Positions 38,282 to 48,359 of a DNA stretch of 64,000 nucleotides are shown here, piece by piece. Where the stretch lies: the NCBI GenBank assembly GCA_963755775.1, contig CAVWKY010000004.1, positions 42,483-106,482 on the forward strand, written 5' to 3'. This stretch comes from an uncultured Actinomycetes bacterium. GTDB lineage: Bacteria > Actinomycetota > Thermoleophilia > Solirubrobacterales > 70-9. Position 1 is the first letter of the stretch. Every line of letters starts with the position of its first letter. Both the position numbers and the translations under genes were made by a program. Under the pieces are notes generated by a model. It was given only the letters and a program-made list of their open reading frames with translations, was not told where the DNA came from and made no database searches.

Positions 38282-39613
38282 TCATGCGGCGCCCTGGCGG
38301 CGCGGCGCCTGACCGGGCTCCGGTGAGGCACGCCCCATAGCGATCCGCGACAGTGCACGGACGGTCTCCCAGTAGCCGTCGGGTATCGCGGCGGAGGGCG
38401 AGGCGCCCGGATGGGCGCGGGCAATCCGCACTCGCAGTACGCCGGGTCTGATTCGGAAGCGAAGTGGCGGGTCCAGCCTCACCGCCTCACCGTCGATGCC
38501 GGCGGCGATTGGGGCGTCCGCGTCGACCTCGAACTCGGGGGTGGACCACTCGCGCCATGGTCGCTGCGGCAGGTGCTGATGCTCACCGCGCCCGATCGGC
38601 GCGGCGGCAATCGTGACCCCGAGCAGGCCGTCGTCGATTTTCGGACGAGTTCCGGAGCCAACGGCGCGGCCCAGCCGGTAGCGGTTGTTGGAGACCAGGA
38701 TCGCAGCGCCGGAGGAGCGTTCATCACCATTAGGCCCCCTCCAGCGAAGATCGAGCCCCTCGCCGTCGGGACCGAGGGCATCGGGGAGCGTGTCGAGGAT
38801 CGTCCGAAGCTTCGCATCGCGATAGCCCTCCCGCTGGACCGCCTCCGCGTAGAGCCCGAGCGAGACGTTGTTGACGAACACCCGCCCGTTGATTTCGGCG
38901 AGGTCGACGCGGCGCTCACCACCATCGACGAAGGAGTCGAGGGCGCCCACGACGTCATCGCGATCGACGCCCAGGTCGAGGGCGAAGTGGTTGCGAGTGC
39001 CGGCCGGGATGCAGCCGTAGGGCAGATCGACCTCGGCGGCGATCGAGGCGACGATTGCCTGTGAGCCGTCGCCCCCGGCCATCGCCAGCCCGTCGGCGCC
39101 ATCGGCCACGGCGGCGCGCACAAGTTGCTCCAGGTCGGCGCCGAGCGTCAGCTCGATAGGCCGGATGCCGCGGGCGCGCGCTTCCTCGGCGAGGTTGAAC
39201 TTCTCGGCCTTACCTCCGCCGGATTTTGGGTTGAAGAAGAGGACCGGATGCTCCGGCGGTCGGGCGTCGGCAAGAGGGACGTGGAGGCTGAAGGCGGCGC
39301 GTGTCGCTGCCAGCGCCAGCGCGATTCCGGCCAGGATGACGAGCGCCTGGACCACGTGGTCGCCGTCGGTTATCAGCACGACGACTGTCGCCGCGAGCGC
39401 CACAATGGCGATCGCGACTCCCAGGACCCTGGCCACCCCGGTGCGAAGCAGGCCATACCAGGCGGCTGCGAAAGCGATCGCCACTGCTGCGAGGACGATC
39501 AGCCCGCGCGGGAACTGCTCGACCACGATGTCGACGGCAAGAACGAGGATCACGGGCGGCAGCACGAGGGCCGTGAGTGCTGCTATCCGCTGCGGCGCCC
39601 GGTGCTCCCCCAT
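38282..39613 (-). CDS. diacylglycerol-kinase-family lipid kinase with N-terminal TM domain
   Basis: The start is the internal ATG 39613 (MGEHRAPQRI...). Four hydrophobic helices precede the catalytic part, which reads VLFFNPKSGGGKA...GADGLAMAGGDGS...GCIPAGTRNHFA. Confidence 0.75.
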   Translation of the reverse strand: MGEHRAPQRIAALTALVLPPVILVLAVDIVVEQFPRGLIVLAAVAIAFAAAWYGLLRTGVARVLGVAIAIVALAATVVVLITDGDHVVQALVILAGIALALAATRAAFSLHVPLADARPPEHPVLFFNPKSGGGKAEKFNLAEEARARGIRPIELTLGADLEQLVRAAVADGADGLAMAGGDGSQAIVASIAAEVDLPYGCIPAGTRNHFALDLGVDRDDVVGALDSFVDGGERRVDLAEINGRVFVNNVSLGLYAEAVQREGYRDAKLRTILDTLPDALGPDGEGLDLRWRGPNGDERSSGAAILVSNNRYRLGRAVGSGTRPKIDDGLLGVTIAAAPIGRGEHQHLPQRPWREWSTPEFEVDADAPIAAGIDGEAVRLDPPLRFRIRPGVLRVRIARAHPGASPSAAIPDGYWETVRALSRIAMGRASPEPGQAPRRQGAA

Positions 39614-39794
39614 GAGGTAACCGTAACCGCTGGCTCCACCGTCCGCGCGCGACTCTGATTCAAACGCGAGGATCGTTCTCCGGCCAGGGTTCGCCTGGGA
39701 AGGCGGCCGATTAGTATCGCCCTGAGATCGAGCATCGGCACTGGCGAACTTGCCGGCGAAACCGCACATCGCGACCTAGCGACTGTCGCGCTCG

Positions 39795-40910
39795 GTGTCG
39801 GGATCGACCGAGGTGACATCGAAACCTCCCTCCATCGGCGATTGGGTCGAGCAGGCGATCGAGGATCACGCCGACGCCGAGCGGGAGATCGAACGTGGAG
39901 AGGCGGAGACTGGACCGGCGCGCGGCGTCGCGCGAACCGCCTTCTGGCTCGCGGTCACCGCGATCTCGCTCTACGTCGTGGCTCCAAGCCTGATCGACGT
40001 CCTCGGCTCGTGGCGCGATCTCTCCGAGCTCGCTCTTGCTTGGTTTCCGGCGATGGCCGCCCTCCAGGGCGCCGCGCTTGCTTGCCTCTGGATGCTTCAG
40101 CGAGTCGCTTTGAATAGGGCGGCTTGGCGCGACGTCATCGACTCGCAGCTAGCGGGCAACGCTCTGGCCAAGGTTGCGCCCGGTGGTGGAGCCCTCGGCG
40201 CCGCCCTGCAATACCGGATGTTGGTCCAGGCCGGGATCGAGCGAGGCCGGGCGATCGCAGGGCTGACGGCTGCGAACCTCCTGACCTTCGCAATCGTGCT
40301 TGCGCTCCCGGTCCTGGTCGCGCCGGCGATCATTCGCGGCGGGGTGCCCAGAAGCCTGACGGAGGCGACCGTGGTCGGCCTGGTGGCATTCGCGGTTCTG
40401 CTTGCGGTTGGGACGGCTGTGTTCGCGCTCGACGGCCCGCTCGCCTGGATCGGCCGGGTCGCGCAGCGTATTCGCAACCGGTTGCGCCGTCACGCTCCAC
40501 CAGTCACCCGCCTGCCGCAGCGACTGATGCGTGAGCGGGATCGGCTGCTCGGCATCCTGGGTCCGCGCTGGAAGCGAGCCCTGCTTGCAGCGGCGGGTCG
40601 TTGGGCATTCGACTACGCAACGCTTCTCGCCGCCCTGGCAGCGGTCGGCTCCCACCCGCGCCCGGCGCTCGTTCTGCTTGCCTTCTGTGCCGCACAGGTC
40701 CTGGCCCAGATCCCGATCACGCCCGGCGGGCTCGGCTTCGTCGAGGCGGGACTAACCGCGACCCTGGCACTGGCCGGGGTCCAGGCAGGCGACGCCGTGC
40801 TGGCAACCTTTGCGTATCGCCTTTTTTCTTATTGGCTACCGCTGCCGCTCGGGCTTGTGGGCGCGATAGCCCATCGCCGCCGCTACCTCGGGGCAGCTCC
40901 GGCGTCATGA
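39795..40910 (+). CDS. flippase-like / lysyl-phosphatidylglycerol-synthase TM-domain (UPF0104) protein
   Basis: 371-aa polytopic ORF, with PITPGGLGFVEAGLTATL near the C-terminus. Confidence 0.65.
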   Translation: MSGSTEVTSKPPSIGDWVEQAIEDHADAEREIERGEAETGPARGVARTAFWLAVTAISLYVVAPSLIDVLGSWRDLSELALAWFPAMAALQGAALACLWMLQRVALNRAAWRDVIDSQLAGNALAKVAPGGGALGAALQYRMLVQAGIERGRAIAGLTAANLLTFAIVLALPVLVAPAIIRGGVPRSLTEATVVGLVAFAVLLAVGTAVFALDGPLAWIGRVAQRIRNRLRRHAPPVTRLPQRLMRERDRLLGILGPRWKRALLAAAGRWAFDYATLLAALAAVGSHPRPALVLLAFCAAQVLAQIPITPGGLGFVEAGLTATLALAGVQAGDAVLATFAYRLFSYWLPLPLGLVGAIAHRRRYLGAAPAS

Positions 40911-41048
40911 GGCATGGCGAGCTCAGCCGCTCGAATTCGCCTCCGGTCCGAAGGGGTGGTTCGCGCCGGTGGAAGCTCGCCTGGACTCGGCTCCTTGGTC
41001 GCGGACAGTAGGATCGCTCCGAACTGCTAGCTCAGGAGAGGAGCTGCG

Positions 41049-41279
41049 ATGGGCATGCGAGACCTATTGGGCCGAGCGAAGAAGACGGTGGACGACCGCG
41101 GCGGGGTAAAGAGCCTCAAGGAGGACGCCGAGGAGCTGAAGGGCGTCGCGCGCGGCGGGGGCAGCGCGGCGGACAAGGCGAAGAAGGCCGCCGAGGCGGT
41201 GAAGGATCCGGGCGCCCCAGGCGGGAAGCCCGCCGAGACCTCAAGCGAGGAGCATCCGCCCGACGTCACCGGACGCTAG
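41049..41279 (+). CDS. small Lys/Ala/Gly-rich protein (CsbD/Rv0909-like?)
   Basis: 76-aa ORF. GGAGAGGAG lies upstream of the ATG. The family call is tentative. Confidence 0.4.
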   Translation: MGMRDLLGRAKKTVDDRGGVKSLKEDAEELKGVARGGGSAADKAKKAAEAVKDPGAPGGKPAETSSEEHPPDVTGR

Positions 41280-41430
41280 CCGGGCGAGAACAAGCCGCCC
41301 ATCGAACGAGCAAGCCGCAGCAGTCCCGTCGATCTGCTGAAGAGGGGGGCGGGGCGGATGCTCGAGCAGGGCTAGCTGCTCGGTGCTCGCAGCAGAGAGG
41401 AGTGCACAGCGGTGCGCCGAACCTCCCGAC

Positions 41431-41880
41431 ATGGAGGAACACCTGCGTTCACGTCGCCTTGGTCGAGGCTTTCAGCGACGTGTGGAGAGGAAGGGCCTCC
41501 GACCGCGCTACGCCGCGAGCGTGATCGTCATCTTCTGGAGCCTTGGAGTCGTCGTCTTCGGCGTAGTCGAGCGTCTCGTGGATCCGGGGACATTCGACAG
41601 CGTGTGGCTCGGCATGTGGTGGGCGATCCAGACGGTTACCACGGTCGGCTATGGCGACGTCGTCCCGGGCTCCACCGGCGGAAAGGTGATTGCGGCGTTC
41701 ATGATGCTCGGCGGCCTCTCGCTGTTTGCGGTCGTCACTGGAGCGATTACCAGCGCCTTCGTCACACAGGCTCAGAGGCAGATGCCAGGGGACCCGGTGA
41801 TCGAAAAGCTGGACCACATGACGGCTCAACTCGAGACATTGAAGGCCGACGTTGCACGCTTGGAGCGCTCCGGCGGTTGA
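41431..41880 (+). CDS. two-TM potassium channel
   Basis: WWAIQTVTTVGYGDVVP is the selectivity filter (TVGYGD), flanked by two TM helices. ATG 41431 is preferred to GTG 41383. Confidence 0.8.
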   Translation: MEEHLRSRRLGRGFQRRVERKGLRPRYAASVIVIFWSLGVVVFGVVERLVDPGTFDSVWLGMWWAIQTVTTVGYGDVVPGSTGGKVIAAFMMLGGLSLFAVVTGAITSAFVTQAQRQMPGDPVIEKLDHMTAQLETLKADVARLERSGG

Positions 41881-41917
41881 CCTTGGGCGGCAGCGGGCCC
41901 GTCGTCGAGCACCGCGC

Positions 41918-43534
41918 CTACTCCGTGCCCCCCGGCTCGGTCTCCGCGAGTGACTGCGTCGGCAGGCGGCGCGTGAACCAAAGCGACAGCAGCGCAGCAG
42001 CCGCCACGGCGCCGAGCGCCAGCCGCAGCGCGTCGAGCTGCGCATCGCCGTAGTCGGCCGCGACGACCTGCGCTTGTTCTTGCGTTAGACCGCCCGCGAC
42101 CGCCGCCTTTTCGGCTTCAGCCACGGTCACGAGGTCGATCCCTGCTTGGGCGTTCGAAGCGATCTGTTCACGGGCGGCCGCTGGAACGTCGGGGTTGTTG
42201 GCGATCCTCTCGCTGAATCCCGTCGCCAGCGAGGCGAGCAGCACGGCGCCGATGATCGCTGTCCCGAGCGAGGAACCGAGATTCTGGGCGGTGCCCTGGA
42301 GCCCACCCCCCTCGCTGCTCTTGGCGGGCGAGACGGAGGACATGATGACGTTCCCGAGCTGAGACGCAAGCAGGCCGCCGCCCGCACCGATGATGGCCAG
42401 TGCGATCTTGAAGCCGGTGTCGTTCAGCGTCACGTCGAGGGTCGCCAGCATCACGATCGCGCCGATGCCGACCGCGACCAGCCCAAGCTGCGCGACAGTA
42501 CGCGGGGATCGTCGCGCGGCGAGCCGCGGCCCCAGCAACGCGAAGACGAGCATCGCCACTGAGAGCGGGAGCAGGCGCTTGCCGGTCTCGAACGCGTCGA
42601 AGCCCAACACGACCTGGAGGTACACGGGGATGACGAAGAAGGTGCCCATCAGGATGAGCTGCTGCCCCAGAAGGCTCGAGAGCCCTGCGCGCAGCTGCGG
42701 GACCCGCAGCAGTGTGGGGTCCAGCAGCTGGTCCCGGCCCAGCCGGGCGCGACGCTCTTCCCAGATGAAGAACGTCCCGAGCAATGCGAGGCCGCCCAGC
42801 ACCATCAACGGCACCGGCGAGAAGCCAAGCGGCGTGATCTCCGTGCCGTTGATGGTTGGCGGCGTTCGCGGCTGGACGAACCCCCAGACGCTGCTGCGCA
42901 GGATTGCGAAGACGATCAGGCCGAGGCCGCTGGATGAGAGCGCCACACCGACCAGGTCGAGCCGCGGGCGCCGCTCTGCGGCTGCAGCTCGGGGAATCCG
43001 CCCGCTAAGGAGAAGGAGGAAGATCACGACGACGGTCTCGCCGGCAAACACGTAGCGCCACGAGAACTCGGTCGTCACCCATCCGCCGAGGAGCGGGCCC
43101 GCAGCGATGGCGAGGGCAGCGACCCCGCCGAGCACCGCGTAGGCCAGAGCGCGTTCGCGGCCCTCATAGCTCGCGGCGGTGAGCGCCGCGATCGCCGGGA
43201 TCACGAGCACCGCACCGAACCCCTCGACCCCCGACCAGCCGATCAGCAGAACGGCGAGGTTTGGACTCAGCGCCGTGGTCAGCGACCCGGCGCCGTAGAT
43301 CGCCAGGCCGATCGCGAACCCGCGATTACGGCCCAGGATGTCCCCGAGCTTCGCCCCGAGCAGCATGAACGCCGCCATCACGAGCGTGTACATCGTGATC
43401 GCCGTCTGCACCCCCTGGATCGTTGTGTCGAGGTCCTCGACGATCTGCGAAATCGCCACGTTCATGACGCTGGTGTCGAGCACCATCACGAACTGGGCCG
43501 AGGCCAGCATGAGGAGGGGGATCCACTTCCGCAT
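41918..43534 (-). CDS. MFS transporter, 14-TMS drug:H+ antiporter (DHA2) type
   Basis: Internal ATG 43534 begins MRKWIPLLMLASAQFVMVLDTSVMNVAISQI. LGDILGRNRG is also present. The protein is long and polytopic. Confidence 0.8.
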   Translation of the reverse strand: MRKWIPLLMLASAQFVMVLDTSVMNVAISQIVEDLDTTIQGVQTAITMYTLVMAAFMLLGAKLGDILGRNRGFAIGLAIYGAGSLTTALSPNLAVLLIGWSGVEGFGAVLVIPAIAALTAASYEGRERALAYAVLGGVAALAIAAGPLLGGWVTTEFSWRYVFAGETVVVIFLLLLSGRIPRAAAAERRPRLDLVGVALSSSGLGLIVFAILRSSVWGFVQPRTPPTINGTEITPLGFSPVPLMVLGGLALLGTFFIWEERRARLGRDQLLDPTLLRVPQLRAGLSSLLGQQLILMGTFFVIPVYLQVVLGFDAFETGKRLLPLSVAMLVFALLGPRLAARRSPRTVAQLGLVAVGIGAIVMLATLDVTLNDTGFKIALAIIGAGGGLLASQLGNVIMSSVSPAKSSEGGGLQGTAQNLGSSLGTAIIGAVLLASLATGFSERIANNPDVPAAAREQIASNAQAGIDLVTVAEAEKAAVAGGLTQEQAQVVAADYGDAQLDALRLALGAVAAAALLSLWFTRRLPTQSLAETEPGGTE

Positions 43535-43649
43535 GGCCGGCGCGATCCTAACCCCAACGTACGAAGCCAGTGGGCGCGCTAAAAGACCGCGCTGGTGGAG
43601 ACGAGCAGGGCGAACAGCGAGATCGGGATCCCGAAATCGCTGATCAAGA

Positions 43650-43922
43650 TCACCGTGCTGCCGGGGGCGTAGTTCTTCTCGCGTACCCGAGCTCGTACTG
43701 GAAGCCACTGGTGTCCCACCCGATCTCCCGCGCCGTCTGTCGCGCGAAGACGGTGTGCGCCGCGCTCGCCCCCGCAACGCTGCCGCCTGCGCCGATCAGG
43801 AGCATCCAACGGAGCGCCAGCTCGTCGAACGGCGTCGAGGAGTCCGTGCCAAACGCCTGCACGTCGAAGGCGGCGAGGAGCCAGGCAACGACGAACGCGG
43901 CCGGGGGGAGATACGCGCCCAC
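43650..43922 (-). CDS. small membrane protein, possibly continuing after a frame change to about 43579
   Basis: The 90-aa ORF has a hydrophobic N-terminus. A further hydrophobic tail (ILISDFGIPISLFALLVSTSAVF) sits in another frame immediately downstream. Confidence 0.3.
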   Translation of the reverse strand: MGAYLPPAAFVVAWLLAAFDVQAFGTDSSTPFDELALRWMLLIGAGGSVAGASAAHTVFARQTAREIGWDTSGFQYELGYARRTTPPAAR

Positions 43923-43932
43923 TGGGGCGAGC

Positions 43933-45174
43933 CTAACTCGGCGTTTCGGACCTGAACCGAACGGGCAGCGTCTTCAGCTGATTCACGAATAGCGAGCGCG
44001 CTGGCGTGGGCTCGCCGGCCAACTCGATGTCCGGGAAGCGACGGAGCGTCTCGGCGAGCAGGGTCCTGAGTTCGAGCCGGGCGAGGGCCGCGCCGAGGCA
44101 GAAGTGCCGTCCGCCGGCGCCAAACGCCTGGTGGTCGGGGTTGCGGGTCACGTCCAGCCGCTGCGGATCGTCGTAGACAGTCTCGTCGCGGTTGCTGGAG
44201 ACGTACCACAGCATCACCTTGTCGCCCTCGCGGATCGTCTTTCCGTGCATCTCGACATCACGGGTCGCGGTGCGACGGAAATGAGCGAATGCCGGGTAGT
44301 AGCGCAGGAGCTCCTCGACAGCGCTGGGAACCAGGGAGGGATCGTCGAGCAGAAGCTGCATCTGCTCGCGGTTCTCCATCAATCCCCGCATTCCGCTCGT
44401 GAACACGGCCCGGGTGCTGTCGTTGCCGGCGGCGCCCAGCAGGCCGATGCCCATGTAGATCTCGGAGTCGGTGAGCTGCTCGCCGTCGACCTCGGCGTGG
44501 ACGAGGACGCTGATCAGGTCATCACCGGGGCTTTCTCGTCGCTCGGCGATGAACTCCATCGTCTCGTTCCAGGTGCGAGTCAGCATCTCGGTCAGTGCCT
44601 CCTCGCTCGGGCGCAGATCCTCATCCCCGAACCCCAGTGCGAGGTTGGTGTCCTCCATGTGCCGCGCGTCGTCCTCCTCCGGCGTGCCCATGAACGACCC
44701 GATCACGCGCGAGACGACTGGGCCGGCGACATCCGCGACCAGGTCGCACTCGCCGCGCTCGGCGACGCGATCGAGCGTGCGGTCGACGATGCCGCGGATT
44801 CGATCCGTGTGCTCCGCGATCCGCTTTGGCGTGAAGCCCCGCTGGAAGAGCGCCTTGATGCGGTCGTGTCGCGGCGGGTCCATCGAGATCATCTGCTGGC
44901 GCTGGGCCTCCAGCGGAATGCCGAAGTCGTCAAGGACGAGGATCCCGCCCACCTCCGAGGAGAAGGTCTCCCAGTCGAGGCTGACCTCGCGGACGTCCGC
45001 CGCCCGAGTGATCGACCAGAACCCGGCCTCATCCGGATGGTCCGCCAGCGGGCTCCAGTGAACCGGGGCCTCGTGGCGAAGCCGGGTGAAGATGTCGTGC
45101 GGGGGACCGTGCGCCCAAAGCGAGAGATCGCCGAGGTCGAGCTGCTCGAGGTCCTGCACAGCGATCGTCGTCAT
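43933..45174 (-). CDS. cytochrome P450
   Basis: The 413-aa ORF has the heme loop FGAGGRHFCLGAALARLE, the EELLR (ExxR) motif and an I-helix GLLGAAGNDST. Confidence 0.9.
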   Translation of the reverse strand: MTTIAVQDLEQLDLGDLSLWAHGPPHDIFTRLRHEAPVHWSPLADHPDEAGFWSITRAADVREVSLDWETFSSEVGGILVLDDFGIPLEAQRQQMISMDPPRHDRIKALFQRGFTPKRIAEHTDRIRGIVDRTLDRVAERGECDLVADVAGPVVSRVIGSFMGTPEEDDARHMEDTNLALGFGDEDLRPSEEALTEMLTRTWNETMEFIAERRESPGDDLISVLVHAEVDGEQLTDSEIYMGIGLLGAAGNDSTRAVFTSGMRGLMENREQMQLLLDDPSLVPSAVEELLRYYPAFAHFRRTATRDVEMHGKTIREGDKVMLWYVSSNRDETVYDDPQRLDVTRNPDHQAFGAGGRHFCLGAALARLELRTLLAETLRRFPDIELAGEPTPARSLFVNQLKTLPVRFRSETPS

Positions 45175-45328
45175 CGGCTCCTCCGTTTGGCTCAGGCGCT
45201 CCGTCGATCGGTCACACTACCGCCCTGAACGATGGCGCCCCTGGTACCGGTCCTCAGCTTCGCTCTGCGACCAGGTTCGATATGACTCGCGAAGCCGTCG
45301 CGCCCAATCTCACGAAAGGAATCCAGAT

Positions 45329-45838
45329 ATGGCTGACCGGCCCGTGTTCCTCTATGCCGCCGTTTACGACGAGATCGCCGACGCCGAGGCCGACTACGAG
45401 GCGGTGTTCGACCTCCACGCGGCTGGGGCGATCGGAACCTTCGACTCCGCCGTGATCCGAAAGGAAGCGGATGGCAAGGTCCGGGTGACAAAGACCGAGA
45501 AGCCGACTCAGCACGGAGCCTGGACAGGCGCTGGCGTCGGAGCCTTGGTCGGGATCCTGTTCCCCCCGGCGCTCATCGGCAGTGCGATCGTCGGCGCCGG
45601 TGCCGGCGGCCTGATCGGCCACCTCAGGGGCGGCATCTCCCGCGATGACCTGAAGGAGCTCGGCGACGAGCTCGAGGCGGGAAGCGCCGCGGTGATCGTG
45701 CTCGGCGAGTCAAAGATCGAGGAGCAGCTCGAGCGGGCGACCAAGCGGGCCAACAAGCTAATCGAGAAGCAGATCGACGCCGACGCCGACGCGCTCGAGC
45801 GCGAGATCGATGCGGCGGCCCGAGAGAAAGCAGAGTAG
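45329..45838 (+). CDS. DUF1269-like membrane protein
   Basis: MADRPVFLYAAVYDEIADAEADYEAV...DGKVRV...GAWTGAGVGALVGILFPPALIGSAIVGAGAGGLIGHL. Confidence 0.6.
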   Translation: MADRPVFLYAAVYDEIADAEADYEAVFDLHAAGAIGTFDSAVIRKEADGKVRVTKTEKPTQHGAWTGAGVGALVGILFPPALIGSAIVGAGAGGLIGHLRGGISRDDLKELGDELEAGSAAVIVLGESKIEEQLERATKRANKLIEKQIDADADALEREIDAAAREKAE

Positions 45839-45988
45839 GGCCAGACACCAAAGTGGCCGACCGCCCCGACACCCCATCGTCGCCCGAGAAAGCCCCGAAG
45901 TCAGCACCCGAGACCTCGGGGGCGCCCGCGCCGGCGGGTTCCGCAGGCCGGACGCCCGAAGCGCCGCCGCCGCACCCTGGTCTGGTCG

Positions 45989-47482
45989 ATGATCGTGCTG
46001 GCGTCGATCGTCCTGGTGGTCTCGATGATCGCGAACTGGGTTCAGCAGGAGGCACTTGAGACGGAGCAGGTCGAGGAGACGACCGACCAGATCGTCAGGG
46101 ACGAGGACGTACGCGAGGCACTCGCCACCTTCACGGTCGATCAGCTGTACGCCAACGTCGACGTCCAGGGCGAGATCGAGCAGCGGCTGCCGGGTCCCGC
46201 TCAGCCGCTCGCGGCTCCGATCGCGGCGGCGACCAGAAACCTGGCGACCAATGTGGCTGAGCGGGCGCTTTCCTCGCCGCAGGTGCAGAACCTCGTCTCC
46301 ACCGCCGTCGGTCGGGCGCACGCGCAGTTCGTGAGCCTGATCGAGGACGAGAAGGAGTACGTCGCGACCACTGGCGGGAACGTCACGCTCCAATACGGAA
46401 GCGTCGTCGCCGACCTCGCCGCCCGCCTCGGGGTGGATCCAGCGACGATCTCCGAGATCCAGGCCGTGGTGCAGGAGTACTCGGTAAAGCTGCGCCAGCG
46501 GTTGGCTTCGGCCCAGACTCGGATCGAGTCCGCGCGAGCAACTCTCTCCCAAGCACAAGCGGGCGAGCTGAGCCCCGAGGTGCGAGGAAATCTCCAGGCT
46601 CTCAACCAGAGCGCCGCCGAGCTCGGGGGGGTGGTCAAGAGCCTCGAGCAGAAGGTCAAGGGCGTTCAGCCAAAGGTCCCCGACCAGCTCCAGGGCCGGT
46701 TGTCCCAACTCCAGGGCCGCCTGTCGGACGCCGATGCCCGGCTGACTGCGCTAAAGCAACAGAGCGCCGCCGTGCTTAGGGATCCGAGCGCGGCGAACAC
46801 CCAAACCCTGGATGCCTCGCTGGCCTCTCTCCAACCACGGATCGCAGCCCTGCTCGAGCGCCAGGCCGTGCAGACCCCCGGTCAGCTGGTCCTGATGAGC
46901 TCAAGCCAGCTCGAAGGGCTCCAGACTCTGGTGGGCGCGCTTCGCAACCTCGGCTACGTGCTCCCGGTGTTGGCGCTGCTGCTCTACCTCGGCGCCCTCT
47001 ACCTGGCCAAGGGATGGCGCCGCGAGGCTTTGATCGCCGCCGGAGGCGGGATCTTGGTCGCGACGCTGTTCGTTTTGGTCCTCCGGCGCCTGATCGGCAA
47101 CGGAGTGGACTCGGTGGCTGCCGCCGAGACGGTCAAGCCGGCGGTCACCTCGGTTTGGGAGATCATCTCCGACGGGCTTCGCCAGCGGGCGCTGTTCGTG
47201 CTCGCGATCGGCGTCGCGTTCATCGGTGGGGGCCTTTTGGCGGGACCGGGCCGTCATGAAGTCGCGGTGCGACGCTTCCTTTCCCCGTACCTGCGCGACC
47301 ATCCGGTGGCCGTCTACGCGGTCGTGGCGGCGCTGTTCCTGCTCTGGCTGTCGTTCATCCCGGGGATCAACAACCTCGGACAGGTGCTGGTGATCGTGGT
47401 GCTCGCGGCGCTCGCCGTGGTGGGCATCGAGATCCTGCGCCGGCAGGCGGCGCGGGAGTTTCCAGATCGGGGCTCCCGCTAA
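45989..47482 (+). CDS. large membrane protein with central coiled-coil region, unknown function
   Basis: 497-aa ORF with an N-terminal TM, a long Q/L/A-rich helical stretch and a C-terminal polytopic part. Basic and Pro-rich sequence in other frames just upstream (45853-45990) suggests the true N-terminus may be longer and frame-shifted. Confidence 0.55.
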   Translation: MIVLASIVLVVSMIANWVQQEALETEQVEETTDQIVRDEDVREALATFTVDQLYANVDVQGEIEQRLPGPAQPLAAPIAAATRNLATNVAERALSSPQVQNLVSTAVGRAHAQFVSLIEDEKEYVATTGGNVTLQYGSVVADLAARLGVDPATISEIQAVVQEYSVKLRQRLASAQTRIESARATLSQAQAGELSPEVRGNLQALNQSAAELGGVVKSLEQKVKGVQPKVPDQLQGRLSQLQGRLSDADARLTALKQQSAAVLRDPSAANTQTLDASLASLQPRIAALLERQAVQTPGQLVLMSSSQLEGLQTLVGALRNLGYVLPVLALLLYLGALYLAKGWRREALIAAGGGILVATLFVLVLRRLIGNGVDSVAAAETVKPAVTSVWEIISDGLRQRALFVLAIGVAFIGGGLLAGPGRHEVAVRRFLSPYLRDHPVAVYAVVAALFLLWLSFIPGINNLGQVLVIVVLAALAVVGIEILRRQAAREFPDRGSR

Positions 47483-47597
47483 TTGGGACCGGTGCTCGTC
47501 CAAGGGGCATCGCCTCGAGGACCTTCATGGAGAGCGGATGATGCGAACCCACGAAGCCGTTGTAGGTTTAACTCAATCGACTTTGAAAGGAGGGCCG

Positions 47598-48053
47598 ATG
47601 AGCACGGATGAGCTCGAGGAATTGGGCCCGATCGATTACATCCTGGTCGAGTGGCCGGGCCGCCAGCCGAACGGAGAGGCAGCGCCGATCCTCGTCGACC
47701 TGGTCGAGCGCGGAATCATCCGCGTCCTCGACCTCGCCTTCATTACCAAGGCCGAGGACGGCTCAATTGCCGGCTTGGAGATCTCCGAGCTCGGGCAGGA
47801 CGTGGAGGAGCTGAAGGTCTTCGAGGGCGCTTCCTCGGGTCTGCTATCCGATGACGACACCGCCGAGGCGGCGGCGGCACTCGAGCCGGGCACCTCGGCG
47901 GCACTGCTCGTGTTCGAGAATCGGTGGGCCGGGCCATTTGCGGCTGCCGTGCGGCGCTCGGGCGGACAGCTCGTCGCCAGCGGCCGCATCCCGGTGCAAG
48001 CGGTCCTCGCAGCGCTCGAGGCGGCCGATGAAGCCGAATCTGCAACCGCCTGA
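47598..48053 (+). CDS. DUF6325-like protein
   Basis: GPIDYILVEWPGRQPNGEAAPILVDLVERGIIRVLDLAFITKAEDGSIAGLEISEL. AAGGAGG lies upstream of ATG 47598. Confidence 0.55.
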   Translation: MSTDELEELGPIDYILVEWPGRQPNGEAAPILVDLVERGIIRVLDLAFITKAEDGSIAGLEISELGQDVEELKVFEGASSGLLSDDDTAEAAAALEPGTSAALLVFENRWAGPFAAAVRRSGGQLVASGRIPVQAVLAALEAADEAESATA

Positions 48054-48077
48054 CGCGAATCCAGAAAGGAGCAAGTG

Positions 48078-48341
48078 ATGCCAGGATTGATTCGAGGTGT
48101 TGCCCGTACGGCAGTGGTGGCCGGCACGGCGACCGCGGTCAGCAACCGCGTCTCGCGCCGCCAGGCGGACCGCTGGGCAACCCAGCAGGGCGGGTACAGC
48201 GAGGCCCCGCCTCCGGCGGCCCCCGCGCAGGCGAGCGTCGACCCTGTGCAGCAGCTGAAGGAGCTTGGCGAGCTGAGGGACAAGGGCGTCCTCACCGAAG
48301 AGGAGTTCGCTTCCCAGAAGGCGAAGATACTCGGCTCCTGA
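48078..48341 (+). CDS. SHOCT-domain protein
   Basis: The C-terminus reads QLKELGELRDKGVLTEEEFASQKAKILGS. Confidence 0.7.
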   Translation: MPGLIRGVARTAVVAGTATAVSNRVSRRQADRWATQQGGYSEAPPPAAPAQASVDPVQQLKELGELRDKGVLTEEEFASQKAKILGS

Positions 48342-48359
48342 TCTTGGCTGGCGCCGAGA

